This document shows positions 18,945 to 28,493 of a stretch of 64,000 bases of DNA, piece by piece (positions within the stretch are counted from its first letter, which is position 1; the number at the start of each line of letters is the position of its first letter). Origin of the DNA: an uncultured delta proteobacterium. Its GTDB lineage: Bacteria; Desulfobacterota; Binatia; Binatales; Binataceae. The stretch covers positions 1,184,001 through 1,248,000 of the forward strand of contig CAVQEQ010000004.1 in assembly GCA_963711565.1 (NCBI GenBank). Direction: 5' to 3'. The translations under genes were made by a program, and so were the position numbers. The notes beneath the pieces are model-generated. The model saw nothing but the letters and a program-made list of their open reading frames with translations, was not told the DNA's origin and made no database searches.

Positions 18945-19826
18945 TTACAGCTCGATCGCGCTCGCGCTGCCGACGATGGTCTTGGTGCCGTCGGCCTTGT
19001 CGCACCAGGCTTCAACTTCGGCACGCGAGCGTATCCCCTCGGAGTGGCGCGCGACGATCAAACCTTTTGGACCGGTGACGTCGTTGCCCCACACGACGTT
19101 GACCAGCCGCAGGTCCATCTTGCCGCCGTAGAGAAAGCCGAGGCCGAAACGTTTCGTCATCATCTCGGCGACGAGGCATACCGACAGCATCCCCTGCACT
19201 ACGATTTCCGGAAATCCCAGCTCGACCGCCTTCTGCCGATCGTTATGGTAATTGCGCGCAGGCCCTGAAAAAGCCATGCACATGTCCTCGGTGATCTTGC
19301 GCATCGGAGATTCGATCGGGTCGCCGCCGCGCTCGCCGATTTTGAACGAGCGCGACGAATCCTTTTCGCGCGACTTGTCGACGACGAAACCATGCTTCGT
19401 CTGCTCGGGGAGTAGGAAGCTCTGATGGGTTCGGCTGCGCGACACAATTTGCCCCGACGCGTTGCCGACGATCACTTCGTTCACGACGTACTCGCGATCG
19501 CGCTTGACGTAGCGGTCAACGATGACCGAGCGAGTCGTAACGCGCTCGCCGACCATCACCGGCGCGAACAGTTCCCATTCCTGGCGCGTATGCAGGTTGC
19601 CGAAGATATTCGGCAGATACCATCCGAGCGTGCGGTACACCGCGTCGTAGAGAATCAGCGCGGGAGCAATCGGCCCGCCCAGCGGAGAGTCGCCGCGATA
19701 CCATGGATTGTCATCGCCGGTGCCGGCGACGTACTTCGCGACGAAAGCGGGCGTGACGTCGTAGGTCATGCCGCCGAAGTCGCGGCCGACGTACACCTCT
19801 TTGCGGTCGAAAATCTCATTGCTCAT
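18945..19826 (-). CDS. double hot-dog MaoC-like dehydratase
   Basis: TGDDNPWY, NLHTRQEWE; second domain NYHND...LGFPEIVVQGM. Confidence 0.82.
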   Translation of the reverse strand: MSNEIFDRKEVYVGRDFGGMTYDVTPAFVAKYVAGTGDDNPWYRGDSPLGGPIAPALILYDAVYRTLGWYLPNIFGNLHTRQEWELFAPVMVGERVTTRSVIVDRYVKRDREYVVNEVIVGNASGQIVSRSRTHQSFLLPEQTKHGFVVDKSREKDSSRSFKIGERGGDPIESPMRKITEDMCMAFSGPARNYHNDRQKAVELGFPEIVVQGMLSVCLVAEMMTKRFGLGFLYGGKMDLRLVNVVWGNDVTGPKGLIVARHSEGIRSRAEVEAWCDKADGTKTIVGSASAIEL

Positions 19827-19843
19827 CGTGGTGTCCTGACGCG

Positions 19844-20239
19844 CTAGCTTTTCTGCTTGGTTTTGAGACGATCGTTGAACTTGGCGGCGTCGATTACCGC
19901 GCGCCGATGGCTCCCGGAGCCAATCTGCTCGACGTCATCGAAAGCGCGCACCGCAAACTCCAGGCGCCGCCCTTCGACCTTGGTGACCTCGGCCTCGGCG
20001 CGAGCGCGATGACCGGGAGGAGTCGCGGCGGTGTGACTGACTTCGATCGACATGCCGACAGAACTTTCCCCGGCGTCGAGGAACGGCTTGATCGCTTCGA
20101 TTGCCGCCTGTTCCATCATTGCGATCATCGTCGGCGTGGACAGAACCGCGGCCAGCGACGGGTCAAGATGGCTGGCGAGGTCCGCGGCCGCGACGAGCTT
20201 CGCGTGAGTACCCTTGGCGCCGGGAGGAATTGGCTTCAT
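19844..20239 (-). CDS. FlK-like hot-dog thioesterase
   Basis: VLSTPTMIAMMEQAA, SVG..IEVSHTAATPPG, G.HRRAVI; C-terminal part of ORF 19844-21103. Confidence 0.88.
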   Translation of the reverse strand: MKPIPPGAKGTHAKLVAAADLASHLDPSLAAVLSTPTMIAMMEQAAIEAIKPFLDAGESSVGMSIEVSHTAATPPGHRARAEAEVTKVEGRRLEFAVRAFDDVEQIGSGSHRRAVIDAAKFNDRLKTKQKS

Positions 20240-20241
20240 CG

Positions 20242-20667
20242 CTACACTAGTACCGCAAGGACGATCTGGATCGACATTGTGACACAGATTGCGAGCCCGA
20301 TGCCCCAAAAGATTGTGCGCGACGGTTGCATGCCTTGCATGTATGCGACCGTGTGCAGGATTCGCGCGCCGGTGAAGATACTGAAATAAATGTACGCGCC
20401 CCCCGACCAGCATCCGAGGTTCACGTACTCCAAACCGAGAAACAGAAAAATCGGTATGTTCTCGAGGTCGTTGCGCCAGACCGCCGCCGCTCGCTTTACG
20501 ACCTGCGCTTCCTCCGTGGCTGGCGCGGGTACCCCGAAGTAGCTCGCATCTTCGGGATTCGTGAAGGTTTTCGTGTTTATGCGTCCAAGCGCCTGGATGA
20601 CCGAGTTTGCGAGCATCTTGAAAAACAGAACGACGGTTATAAGCGAATAAAACTGGTACTCGGACAT
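20242..20667 (-). CDS. MAPEG family membrane protein
   Basis: FTNPED, RNDLENIPIFL, ARILHT. Confidence 0.9.
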   Translation of the reverse strand: MSEYQFYSLITVVLFFKMLANSVIQALGRINTKTFTNPEDASYFGVPAPATEEAQVVKRAAAVWRNDLENIPIFLFLGLEYVNLGCWSGGAYIYFSIFTGARILHTVAYMQGMQPSRTIFWGIGLAICVTMSIQIVLAVLV

Positions 20668-20673
20668 CGGCGG

Positions 20674-21285
20674 TTATCTCCTTAGGCCCATTGCGTCGAG
20701 TTTCTTGACGACCCATTCGATCCGATCGTTGCCCCAAAACGGTTCGTTGTTGACGATGAATGTCGGCACGCCGAAGATACCGTCGCGATCGCCGACGGCA
20801 AAGGCCTCGGACAGTTCGCGTGGGCCGTCGTGAGCCACATAGCGTTCGAAGGCCCCGGCGTCGAGGACCGTCTCCGTCATGACAGCGGCAAGCGCGGCGG
20901 CGTTCTCGATGTCGAGCTCTCGTTTGAAGAAGCGCTCGAACACGCGGTCCGAGTATGGCCGGAAGAGGCCGTGCTTGTCGGCAAACAGGCCCGACATAAG
21001 AGAGAGTTTCGAGTCGAAGATTTTCTCCGGTCCGCGAATGATCATGCCGCGCGCGTTCGCGAAGCGGCGGGCGTCGAGGTACAGGTAGCGGACTTTGCGC
21101 CATTCGCGCTCGGGCCGCTCATTGACGTCGCCGCCGAATGCGCCGCGGACATCGAGTTCGTGCGGGATGTAATGCAGGCGGACGCGATGCGATTCCATCA
21201 GCGCGTACGCCGGATGCATCGCGAGATATGCGAACGGGCTCTTGTAGTCGTAATAGAGCTTGATCGTCAGGAGCGCGTCGGCCAT
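20674..21285 (-). CDS. DsbA/2-hydroxychromene-2-carboxylate isomerase (GST-kappa) family protein
   Basis: YYDYKSPFAYLA, GIFGVPTF..EPFWGNDRI. Confidence 0.88.
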   Translation of the reverse strand: MADALLTIKLYYDYKSPFAYLAMHPAYALMESHRVRLHYIPHELDVRGAFGGDVNERPEREWRKVRYLYLDARRFANARGMIIRGPEKIFDSKLSLMSGLFADKHGLFRPYSDRVFERFFKRELDIENAAALAAVMTETVLDAGAFERYVAHDGPRELSEAFAVGDRDGIFGVPTFIVNNEPFWGNDRIEWVVKKLDAMGLRR

Positions 21286-21409
21286 GGCTGAGGATTTAGC
21301 ATCACGCGCCGCAGACAGAAAGGCGTGACCAGCCGCCCGCGAAAGGCCTGGAAGATTCGGGTCCGATCCCCGCCAGTCCGAGTTGCGCAATCCAGTCGGC
21401 GCCGCGTTC

Positions 21410-22408
21410 CTAGATCAGCGGTTCGTGGATTGCCTCCGCCGCTTCGGACGCGGGTTGCTTGCGATGGGGGTCGGCGCCTAGGACGAGCGTCAGCACGCCG
21501 CTCACCGAGATCAGGATGCCAATGATCTCGCGGGTCGTCGCGCGCTCGCCGAGAAATATCACGGCGAAAAGAATCGAGAGTATCGGTATGCCGGGAATGA
21601 CCAGAGCCGTCGTCCACGCCAGCGAGAGCCGGTTGATCGCACCGTACCAGGTGAGTCCGCTCAAAAAATAGACGAAGAATCCGGTCACCAGGATTACGCC
21701 CAGCGACGTCGGATCGGCGAGTTGTACAATCGACTCGCGCCGGAACAGCAGCAGCATCGCGCTGAGCACAATCGACGCGTACATGAAACGGCCGCCGGTC
21801 ATCGAAGTCGGCGTCAGCGGCGGCATCAGCCTCAGGCCCATCACGTGCGACGTCTGCCAGAACAGCGGCGTCGTGAAGATGATGGCCGACGCCCACAGCG
21901 GTGAAAATGAGCCACCGCCCGCGAGCACCGAACCGATGCCAACCAAAACGGTTGCAGTCGCGAGCATCTGGCGCATCGACGGCCGCTCGCCGACGAAGAT
22001 TGTCGAGAGCACCAGCGAATAGATCGGCTCGGTTTGCAGCAACAGCACGCCCGCGACGGCGCCGATGCGGGTGAGTCCGTAGGTCAAGGTCAGGCTGGTC
22101 ATCACAGTCCCCGCCATCGCGACGACAAACAAGCGGCGGCGGTAGCGCGGGTCGAAAATCAATCCCAACTCGCCGGTACAATGGAGCAGCGGAATCGTAC
22201 AGAGCGTCGCGAACACCACGGCGCCGGTGCAGAACAGCAGGGGGTCGAGATTCACCGCGCCCCATCGCGTGATGACGGGCTGGCCGGCGCCGATGATCGT
22301 GTTGATGATGCAAAGCGTCACGCCGACCTGAAAGGCGCGGGCGCGGCGCGCCTTTTCGCCGGCCTCGGCGAGGGCGGACATCGAGCCCGCCGAAGTGTCG
22401 CGGGGCAT
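21410..22408 (-). CDS. DMT/EamA family transporter
   Basis: About 10 TM segments in two repeats ending FVGER / FLGER. Confidence 0.85.
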   Translation of the reverse strand: MPRDTSAGSMSALAEAGEKARRARAFQVGVTLCIINTIIGAGQPVITRWGAVNLDPLLFCTGAVVFATLCTIPLLHCTGELGLIFDPRYRRRLFVVAMAGTVMTSLTLTYGLTRIGAVAGVLLLQTEPIYSLVLSTIFVGERPSMRQMLATATVLVGIGSVLAGGGSFSPLWASAIIFTTPLFWQTSHVMGLRLMPPLTPTSMTGGRFMYASIVLSAMLLLFRRESIVQLADPTSLGVILVTGFFVYFLSGLTWYGAINRLSLAWTTALVIPGIPILSILFAVIFLGERATTREIIGILISVSGVLTLVLGADPHRKQPASEAAEAIHEPLI

Positions 22409-22411
22409 CGA

Positions 22412-23200
22412 TTACGCTCGCGCGAACGCGACAGCGACGACCAGTATGGCCAGCGCGATTCGATAGATCGCGAAGGACCGATAGCTGTGAGTTCGCACGA
22501 ATTTCAACAGGCCGAAGATCGCGATCAGACCGAAGACCGCGGAGGCAGTGAAGCCCCATCCGAGCTGGGCGGTGAGGCCCGAGTGGACGAACTTGCGCGC
22601 CTCTATCAGGCCGGCCCCGGCGATGATCGGGGTCGCCATCAGGAAGGAGAAATTCGCCGCGTCCTCGCGCTCGATCCCGAGGAAGCGGGCCGTGGTAATC
22701 GTGGCGCCGGAGCGGGAGACGCCGGGGATTATCGCCAGCGCCTGGCTGAGGCCGACGAGGATGGCGTCGAGGAAGGTGATTTGGTCTATCTTGCGCTTTC
22801 TCGACCCATAAGCGTCACCAGCCCACAGAAAAACGCCGAGAATAGCCAGCGTCCCAGCTATCAGAACTGGTGAGCGAAAGATCGTCTCGGCTTGCTTCTC
22901 TAGCAGGACGCCGATGATCGCGCCCGGAACCGATGCGACTATCAGCAGAAACAGCAACCTGCGTTGGGCCCGGTTACCATTGGCTATCGACAGCGCCATG
23001 TCGAGCCATTCACGCCAATAAAAGACCAGCAGCGCCAAGAGCGTTCCGAGGTGAAGGACTACATCGAAGGCCAGCCCCGGGTCTTCCGGCCATTTGAACA
23101 GCCAGGGGACCAGTATCAAATGAGCCGAACTTGAGACCGGGAGGAACTCTGTCAAGCCTTGCACGATGCCGAGAACAATAGCCTGAAATGCAGAAATCAT
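22412..23200 (-). CDS. uppP: undecaprenyl-diphosphate phosphatase
   Basis: QGLTEFLPVSSSAH, PGVSRSGATI. Confidence 0.96.
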   Translation of the reverse strand: MISAFQAIVLGIVQGLTEFLPVSSSAHLILVPWLFKWPEDPGLAFDVVLHLGTLLALLVFYWREWLDMALSIANGNRAQRRLLFLLIVASVPGAIIGVLLEKQAETIFRSPVLIAGTLAILGVFLWAGDAYGSRKRKIDQITFLDAILVGLSQALAIIPGVSRSGATITTARFLGIEREDAANFSFLMATPIIAGAGLIEARKFVHSGLTAQLGWGFTASAVFGLIAIFGLLKFVRTHSYRSFAIYRIALAILVVAVAFARA

Positions 23201-23310
23201 AATAATATCAACTAGTTAGGCGCGCGTAGCGGTTTTCGTGCACAATTGTGCCGGTCGGGACCCTTGACCGTAAAACTCGCCAATAAGTGAAAACATGTCT
23301 AAGATGCTCC

Positions 23311-23338
23311 TTGACCGGGCCGGTACTTGGTTTAGAAT
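23311..23338 (+). promoter_or_regulatory. putative sigma70 promoter
   Basis: TTGACC-N16-TAGAAT upstream of ORF 23384. Confidence 0.5.
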
Positions 23339-23383
23339 TGATTCCTGCTAGCGGAGAGTAGATGCGGGTAGCGGGAGGCGTTA

Positions 23384-23713
23384 TTGCCTATGAATCGAGT
23401 TGCCAGAGGCAAGGTAATTCCCTTACGGGAAGTCAGCGTGGTCGAATCCGACGGATCGCCCGACCAATCTGCCGTTTGGGATAACATCAACCCCGGCGAA
23501 CCGCATCCATTTCCGGTTGTTTCAACGCTGCCACGTTTGCCGGTGATGATCCCGGACGAGATTCTGGACTATTACGGCTGGGTCTTTTGTCAAGGTGGAT
23601 TCCTCAATCTCCAGATGACGTTCGAGCAGTTCCTCGCCGTGGTCGCGGCGGTAAGTCCCGCAGGCCTGAGCCCGGAATACGATGCAAGCGAGGCATCGTA
23701 CCCCAACGATTGA
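23384..23713 (+). CDS. hypothetical acidic protein
   Basis: GGGAGG RBS, own promoter and terminator; no family recognised; start TTG 23384 or ATG 23390. Confidence 0.65.
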   Translation: MPMNRVARGKVIPLREVSVVESDGSPDQSAVWDNINPGEPHPFPVVSTLPRLPVMIPDEILDYYGWVFCQGGFLNLQMTFEQFLAVVAAVSPAGLSPEYDASEASYPND

Positions 23714-23740
23714 TCCTCCGCGATAGCGCGAAAGGATATT

Positions 23741-23783
23741 TCGATGCCCGCCCCGGGCGCACTCGGGCGGGCATCGATTTTTT
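23741..23783 (+). terminator. intrinsic terminator
   Basis: tcgatgcccgccc...gggcgggcatcga stem followed by TTTTTT. Confidence 0.75.
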
Positions 23784-23834
23784 CCGGGCTGTAAATTTTT
23801 CATCATTTGACTACGGGGTCACCGGGCTCTGGTT

Positions 23835-24536
23835 TCAGTTGTTCCCCGCGGAACCCTTATTCGGCTCGCTCAGCAATGTGTTCCTGATCCAGATGCTTGG
23901 CAGATTGGCGCCGTCGGTGGGCGACTGCAGGCCGTTGTCCTGCGCGATTTGCCGCCAGTTGTCCTCGTTGCCGGTCGCCCGCTTGGCGAGACCCTTCAGG
24001 TCCTCGTTGGGCAGCAGGGCGTAATTGACGCCGCCCTCTTTCGGAGTGCCGCCCGACGGCGGGGATTGCGCGGCGAGCTGGTCGAACTTCGCGAACAGGT
24101 TCAGGCGCGTCGTCGCACTGTACTTCGAGAGATCCTCGTCGGGGATGTCCTCGACGCGGACGTTGACGATTATTCTCGAGCTGCGCGGATTGAGCTCCAC
24201 CACCTCGACCTCGTAACGGTACTGCGGATGCTTGCCGACCAGACTGCCGAGCACGCCGGGGCCGACGTCGCCGTCCTTCCATAGCGTGATGAGTTTGTCG
24301 TTGTGCTCAACCGTGAACAGGATGCCCTCGCCGCGCAGCACGTCCTCGGTGAGCACGAATGAATCATTCACGCTGTAGGGGACGTCGTGCTGCTCGCCCT
24401 CGGCCGCATCGGTGCCGCCGCCTGCGGCACGGTTGGCGTAATATGGTGCGTAGGTACATCCCGCGAAAAGCAGTATCGAGCAGATGACGATCGCGAGTTT
24501 TTGAAATCGCCGAAACACGCTCCGCACCGCACTCAT
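23835..24536 (-). CDS. lipoprotein with C-terminal LysM-like domain
   Basis: LFAGC lipobox; YALLPNEDLKGLAKRATG...WRQIAQDNGL LysM-like pattern. Confidence 0.7.
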   Translation of the reverse strand: MSAVRSVFRRFQKLAIVICSILLFAGCTYAPYYANRAAGGGTDAAEGEQHDVPYSVNDSFVLTEDVLRGEGILFTVEHNDKLITLWKDGDVGPGVLGSLVGKHPQYRYEVEVVELNPRSSRIIVNVRVEDIPDEDLSKYSATTRLNLFAKFDQLAAQSPPSGGTPKEGGVNYALLPNEDLKGLAKRATGNEDNWRQIAQDNGLQSPTDGANLPSIWIRNTLLSEPNKGSAGNN

Positions 24537-24654
24537 CACAACCAGTAAGGAAACCATGCGAGTTTCATATGCGCAAGACGAACCGGCCGAATGCGGCGTC
24601 GCATGCGATTTGGATTGCACGGCAGCCTCGCAGACGCTAATCAAATATACCCTT

Positions 24655-26016
24655 ATGGCGGAAGTAGAAAACAAAACGTCGCGGCACGTGATGGCCGTGA
24701 TCGGAGGCGCGACGGCGGGATCTGAAATCGCGCGCATCCTGGCCGAGCGCGGCGCGCTGGTAATTGTGTTCGAGCAGAACCCTCGTCCCTACGGAAAAAT
24801 CGAAGACGGGCTGCCGCGATGGCACATCAAGCAGCGCCGCGACGAGTACGAGGAAATCAACAAGCGCCTCGACCATCCTAATATCGAATACGTGCCGCTG
24901 ACGCGGATGGGCAGCGAGCTCGATTTCGATGACCTGCGCACCGCATGGGGGCTCAGCGGAATCGTGCTGACGCACGGCGCGTGGAAGGATCGAGCGTTTC
25001 CGGTCGAGGGCGCCGACCAGTTTATCGATCGCGGCCTCGTCTATCAGAACAAGCTGATCTATTGGTTCAATCATTATCCGGAAAAGACTTACGACGGTCC
25101 GCGCTACGAGCTGACGCCCGGCGCGATTGTCGTCGGCGGCGGGCTCGCGTCGATCGACGTGGTCAAGGTGCTGCAAATCGAGATGACGCTTGCCGCCCTG
25201 AAGGCGCGCGGTATCGCTGGCGACATGCTCGCGCTCGAGCGCGAGGGAATCGAGCCGGTCCTTGCCGCGAGCAATCTGAAGTACAGCGACCTCGGCGTCG
25301 CGCCATGCAAATTGTACTACCGCCGCCGCGTGCTCGACATGCCGCTGTCGGACATCCCGCCCGACGCGCCCGAGAAACGCGCCAACGCGCTCAAGCAGGC
25401 GCGCGCAAAGATTCTCGAGAAGGCGCAGCGCAAATTTTTGTTCGAGTTCCAGGAACTGCGCGCGCCGAGCGGTGTGATCGTCGAGAACGGCGCGGTGGTC
25501 GGCGTGAGCTTCAGCCGGACCGAACTCGTCGACGGGCAAGTGCGAATCGTGCAGGAGAATGCGGAGACCGCTCGCGCGCCGCTGACGATCAGTTCGATCG
25601 GAAGCATCCCGGAACCGATTCCCGGAATTGCGCAGAAGGGCGAGGTTTACACCTACGTCGATCAGAAAATCGGCTTGCTGATGGAGGGGCCGACGGCGGT
25701 GTTCGCGGCCGGCAATGTGCTGACCGGCAAGGGCAATATCAAGGACTCGCTCGTCAGCGGCACCGAGATTGGAACGCGCGTGGCCGAGGCCTACCTGGGA
25801 TTGTCGGGCGAGGAATTTAAGATTGCGGAGGGCGCGCGGATGGAGGCTGCGGCCTCGGGCGAGAAGATCGCGGGCGCAGTGGGCATGCGCCAGAAGATCG
25901 CGCCGGAACACGTCGCGAGACTGCTCGGCCACGTGCGCAAACGCCAGCGCGTAGTCGGCTATGAGGGCAACTATCGCGCATGGATCGCCAAGGTCACCCC
26001 GCCCGATCTTCACTAG
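24655..26016 (+). CDS. FAD/NAD(P)-dependent oxidoreductase (ferredoxin/adrenodoxin reductase-like)
   Basis: VIGGATAG, EQNPRPYG..GLPRWH, VVGGGLASIDV, YYRR. Confidence 0.75.
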   Translation: MAEVENKTSRHVMAVIGGATAGSEIARILAERGALVIVFEQNPRPYGKIEDGLPRWHIKQRRDEYEEINKRLDHPNIEYVPLTRMGSELDFDDLRTAWGLSGIVLTHGAWKDRAFPVEGADQFIDRGLVYQNKLIYWFNHYPEKTYDGPRYELTPGAIVVGGGLASIDVVKVLQIEMTLAALKARGIAGDMLALEREGIEPVLAASNLKYSDLGVAPCKLYYRRRVLDMPLSDIPPDAPEKRANALKQARAKILEKAQRKFLFEFQELRAPSGVIVENGAVVGVSFSRTELVDGQVRIVQENAETARAPLTISSIGSIPEPIPGIAQKGEVYTYVDQKIGLLMEGPTAVFAAGNVLTGKGNIKDSLVSGTEIGTRVAEAYLGLSGEEFKIAEGARMEAAASGEKIAGAVGMRQKIAPEHVARLLGHVRKRQRVVGYEGNYRAWIAKVTPPDLH

Positions 26017-26076
26017 AAATTGCCTCGTTTTGGACTCGACTATAGGCTCATCGGATGACGGCAACGGAGGTGCGGT

Positions 26077-27324
26077 GTGGACGAACTCAAGCGAACTGAC
26101 CCTGAGATTTACGACCTCATCAAAGCTGAAGAGCGCTACGAGATCGATTCGGTCCGGCTGATCGCGTCGGAGAATTACGTTTCGAAGGCGGTGCTCGAAG
26201 CGACCGGCTCGATTCTCACCAACAAGTATTCCGAAGGCTACCCCGGACGCCGTTACTATGAGGGGCAACGTAACGTCGATCAGATCGAAGAGCTCGCGAT
26301 CCAGCGCGCCAAGGCGCTGTTCAACGTCGAGCACGCAAATGTGCAGCCGTACTCGGGCTCGCCCGCCAACGTCGCGGTATATTTCGCGCTGCTCAAGCCC
26401 GGCGACACCATCATGGGCCTCGCGCTGCCGCACGGCGGCCATCTGACGCACGGATGGCCGGTGAGCATCACCGGTACGTTCTGGAAGTCGGCGCAGTACG
26501 TGGTGGATCGCGAGAGTCACGTCGTCGATTTCGACGAGGTCCGCGCGCTGGCGCGCAAGGAGCGGCCGAAAATAATCGTGACCGGCGGCACCGCCTATCC
26601 GCGGCTGTGGGATTTCAAGAGTTTCAGCGAAGTCGCAAAGGAAGTCGGCGCGCTGCTGCTCGCCGACATTTCACATATCGCGGGACTGATCGTCGGCGGC
26701 GTGCATCCGAGCCCGGTCCCGTACGCCGACGTGATCATGACGACCACGCACAAGACGCTGCGCGGTCCGCGCGGCGCGATGATCATGTGCCGCAACGAGT
26801 ACGCCGAGTCGATCGACAAGGCGGTCTTCCCCGGCTTGCAGGGGGGGCCGCACAATCACACGACCGCGGCGATCGCGGTCGCGCTGAAGGAAGCATCGAC
26901 GCCGGAGTTCAAACAGTACGCGAAGAAAGTTGTGAGCAACGCCAAGACGCTCGCCGACGAACTGCTCGCGCGCGGCTTCAGTCTCGTCTCGGGCGGCACC
27001 GACAATCATCTGATCCTTGTCGATCTCACGAGCAAAAAAGTGAATGGCAACAAAGGCGCGAAGGCGCTCGACGCCGCCGGCATCGTCTGCAACAAAAACA
27101 CGGTCCCGTACGATCCGCGCAAGCCCTTCAGCCCCAGCGGCCTGCGCCTCGGCACGCCGGCGGTAACCTCGCGCGGAATGGGCGACGCGGAGATGCGCCA
27201 GATCGGAAAATTCATGGACGAAGCGATCGCGCACGCCGGCGACGAGGCCGCGCTACGCCGCATCGCAGCCGCAGTCACGGAAATGTGCCGCAAATTCCCC
27301 GCTCCCGGAATCGCGATCACCTAG
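26077..27324 (+). CDS. glyA: serine hydroxymethyltransferase
   Basis: LIASEN, NKYSEGYPG, TTTHKTLRGPRG, FPGLQGGP. Confidence 0.98.
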   Translation: MDELKRTDPEIYDLIKAEERYEIDSVRLIASENYVSKAVLEATGSILTNKYSEGYPGRRYYEGQRNVDQIEELAIQRAKALFNVEHANVQPYSGSPANVAVYFALLKPGDTIMGLALPHGGHLTHGWPVSITGTFWKSAQYVVDRESHVVDFDEVRALARKERPKIIVTGGTAYPRLWDFKSFSEVAKEVGALLLADISHIAGLIVGGVHPSPVPYADVIMTTTHKTLRGPRGAMIMCRNEYAESIDKAVFPGLQGGPHNHTTAAIAVALKEASTPEFKQYAKKVVSNAKTLADELLARGFSLVSGGTDNHLILVDLTSKKVNGNKGAKALDAAGIVCNKNTVPYDPRKPFSPSGLRLGTPAVTSRGMGDAEMRQIGKFMDEAIAHAGDEAALRRIAAAVTEMCRKFPAPGIAIT

Positions 27325-27333
27325 ACTCCTCGT

Positions 27334-27377
27334 GATTGTTCTTCTTCCCTCGAGGGAAAGGGTTAGGGGTTAGGTTG
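27334..27377 (-). repeat. short palindromic (REP-like) repeat, intergenic copy
   Basis: Reverse complement caacctaacccctaaccctttccc-tcga-gggaagaagaacaatc resembles 41723-41768. Confidence 0.65.
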
Positions 27378-27410
27378 ACTTTCCAAACGTCGAGACGCGA
27401 TAAAAACCCC

Positions 27411-28490
27411 ATGACAAAAATAAAAGTTGAACGCGGCCTCAATCTCGGGATGGCGTACACCCCCGACATGCAGGATGGCACCAAGCGGCCCGAGCCGACG
27501 TGGAGCACGATTCGCGACCAGGTCCGCGACGCCGATGCGCTCGGCTACGACACGATCCTCGCGGTCGAAACTCAGCACGACCCATATCTCCAGCTTGCAG
27601 TCGCGGCGCAAGAGCCGTCGAAGATCGAGCTGGCCACCGGCATCGCGCTCGCATTCACCAAGAGTCCCGTCGCGACCGCGTACACCGCGTGGGACTTGCA
27701 GCGAATGAGCGGCGGCAGGCTGAACCTCGGACTCGGCTCGCAGGTGAAGGGCCACGTGACACGGCGCTTCGGGATGCCGTGGTCGAAGCCCGCTCAGCGG
27801 ATGAAGGATTACGTCGGCGCGATGCGTGCGTGCTGGCGCACCTGGCAGACTCGCGAGCCGTTCAACTTTCAGAGCGAGCATTACAATCTCTCGCTGATGA
27901 CGCCGAACTTCGCGCCGCCGCCGGTTTCGGTTCCGCATATCCCCGTGCTGATCGCGGCGGTGCAGGAGCGGATGCTGCAAGTCGCGGGTGAAGTCTGCGA
28001 CGGTGTGCGCCTGCACGGAATCGTCACGCGAAAGTATCTCGATCAGATCGCGTTCCCGAATCTGAAAAAGGGCTTCGACAAATCGGGCAAGCCTGCCGCC
28101 GAATGGAGCAATTTTCAAATCGGCGGCGGCGGCTTCCTGTGCGCCGGGAAAGACCAGGACTCGCTCGCGCGCGCCGTCAGCGGAATGAAATCGACGATCG
28201 CGTTTTACGGTTCGACGCGCTCGTATCGTTCCAGTTTTGAAATCGACGGATGGGGCGACACCGCCGACAATTTGCACAAACTATCCGTGCAACAGAAATG
28301 GCCCGAGATGGCCAAGCTCGTGACCGACGAGATGGTGCACGCGTTCGCCGCGGTCGGCACCTATGACGAGATCGCGGAGGTAATCAAGAAGCGCTTCGCC
28401 GGCGTGAACCGCTTGATGTTCGACATGCCCGTGAGGAACGATCACGATCGCGGCGTGCTCAAGGAGATCCTCCAGGACTTGCGACGCTGA
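27411..28490 (+). CDS. luciferase-like (LLM) oxidoreductase, probably F420-dependent
   Basis: ETQHDPYL, LGLGSQVKGHVTRRFG, GEVCDGVRLH, IAFYGST; cof genes in the same window. Confidence 0.88.
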   Translation: MTKIKVERGLNLGMAYTPDMQDGTKRPEPTWSTIRDQVRDADALGYDTILAVETQHDPYLQLAVAAQEPSKIELATGIALAFTKSPVATAYTAWDLQRMSGGRLNLGLGSQVKGHVTRRFGMPWSKPAQRMKDYVGAMRACWRTWQTREPFNFQSEHYNLSLMTPNFAPPPVSVPHIPVLIAAVQERMLQVAGEVCDGVRLHGIVTRKYLDQIAFPNLKKGFDKSGKPAAEWSNFQIGGGGFLCAGKDQDSLARAVSGMKSTIAFYGSTRSYRSSFEIDGWGDTADNLHKLSVQQKWPEMAKLVTDEMVHAFAAVGTYDEIAEVIKKRFAGVNRLMFDMPVRNDHDRGVLKEILQDLRR

Positions 28491-28493
28491 CGG

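Noticed and set aside
19844-21103. 419-aa ORF as one protein
   Set aside because: Only the last 131 aa are a thioesterase; the rest overlaps the MAPEG and DsbA-family genes in other frames
27359-27374. Telomere-like GGTTAGGGGTTAGG run
   Set aside because: Only two units and part of the REP-like element
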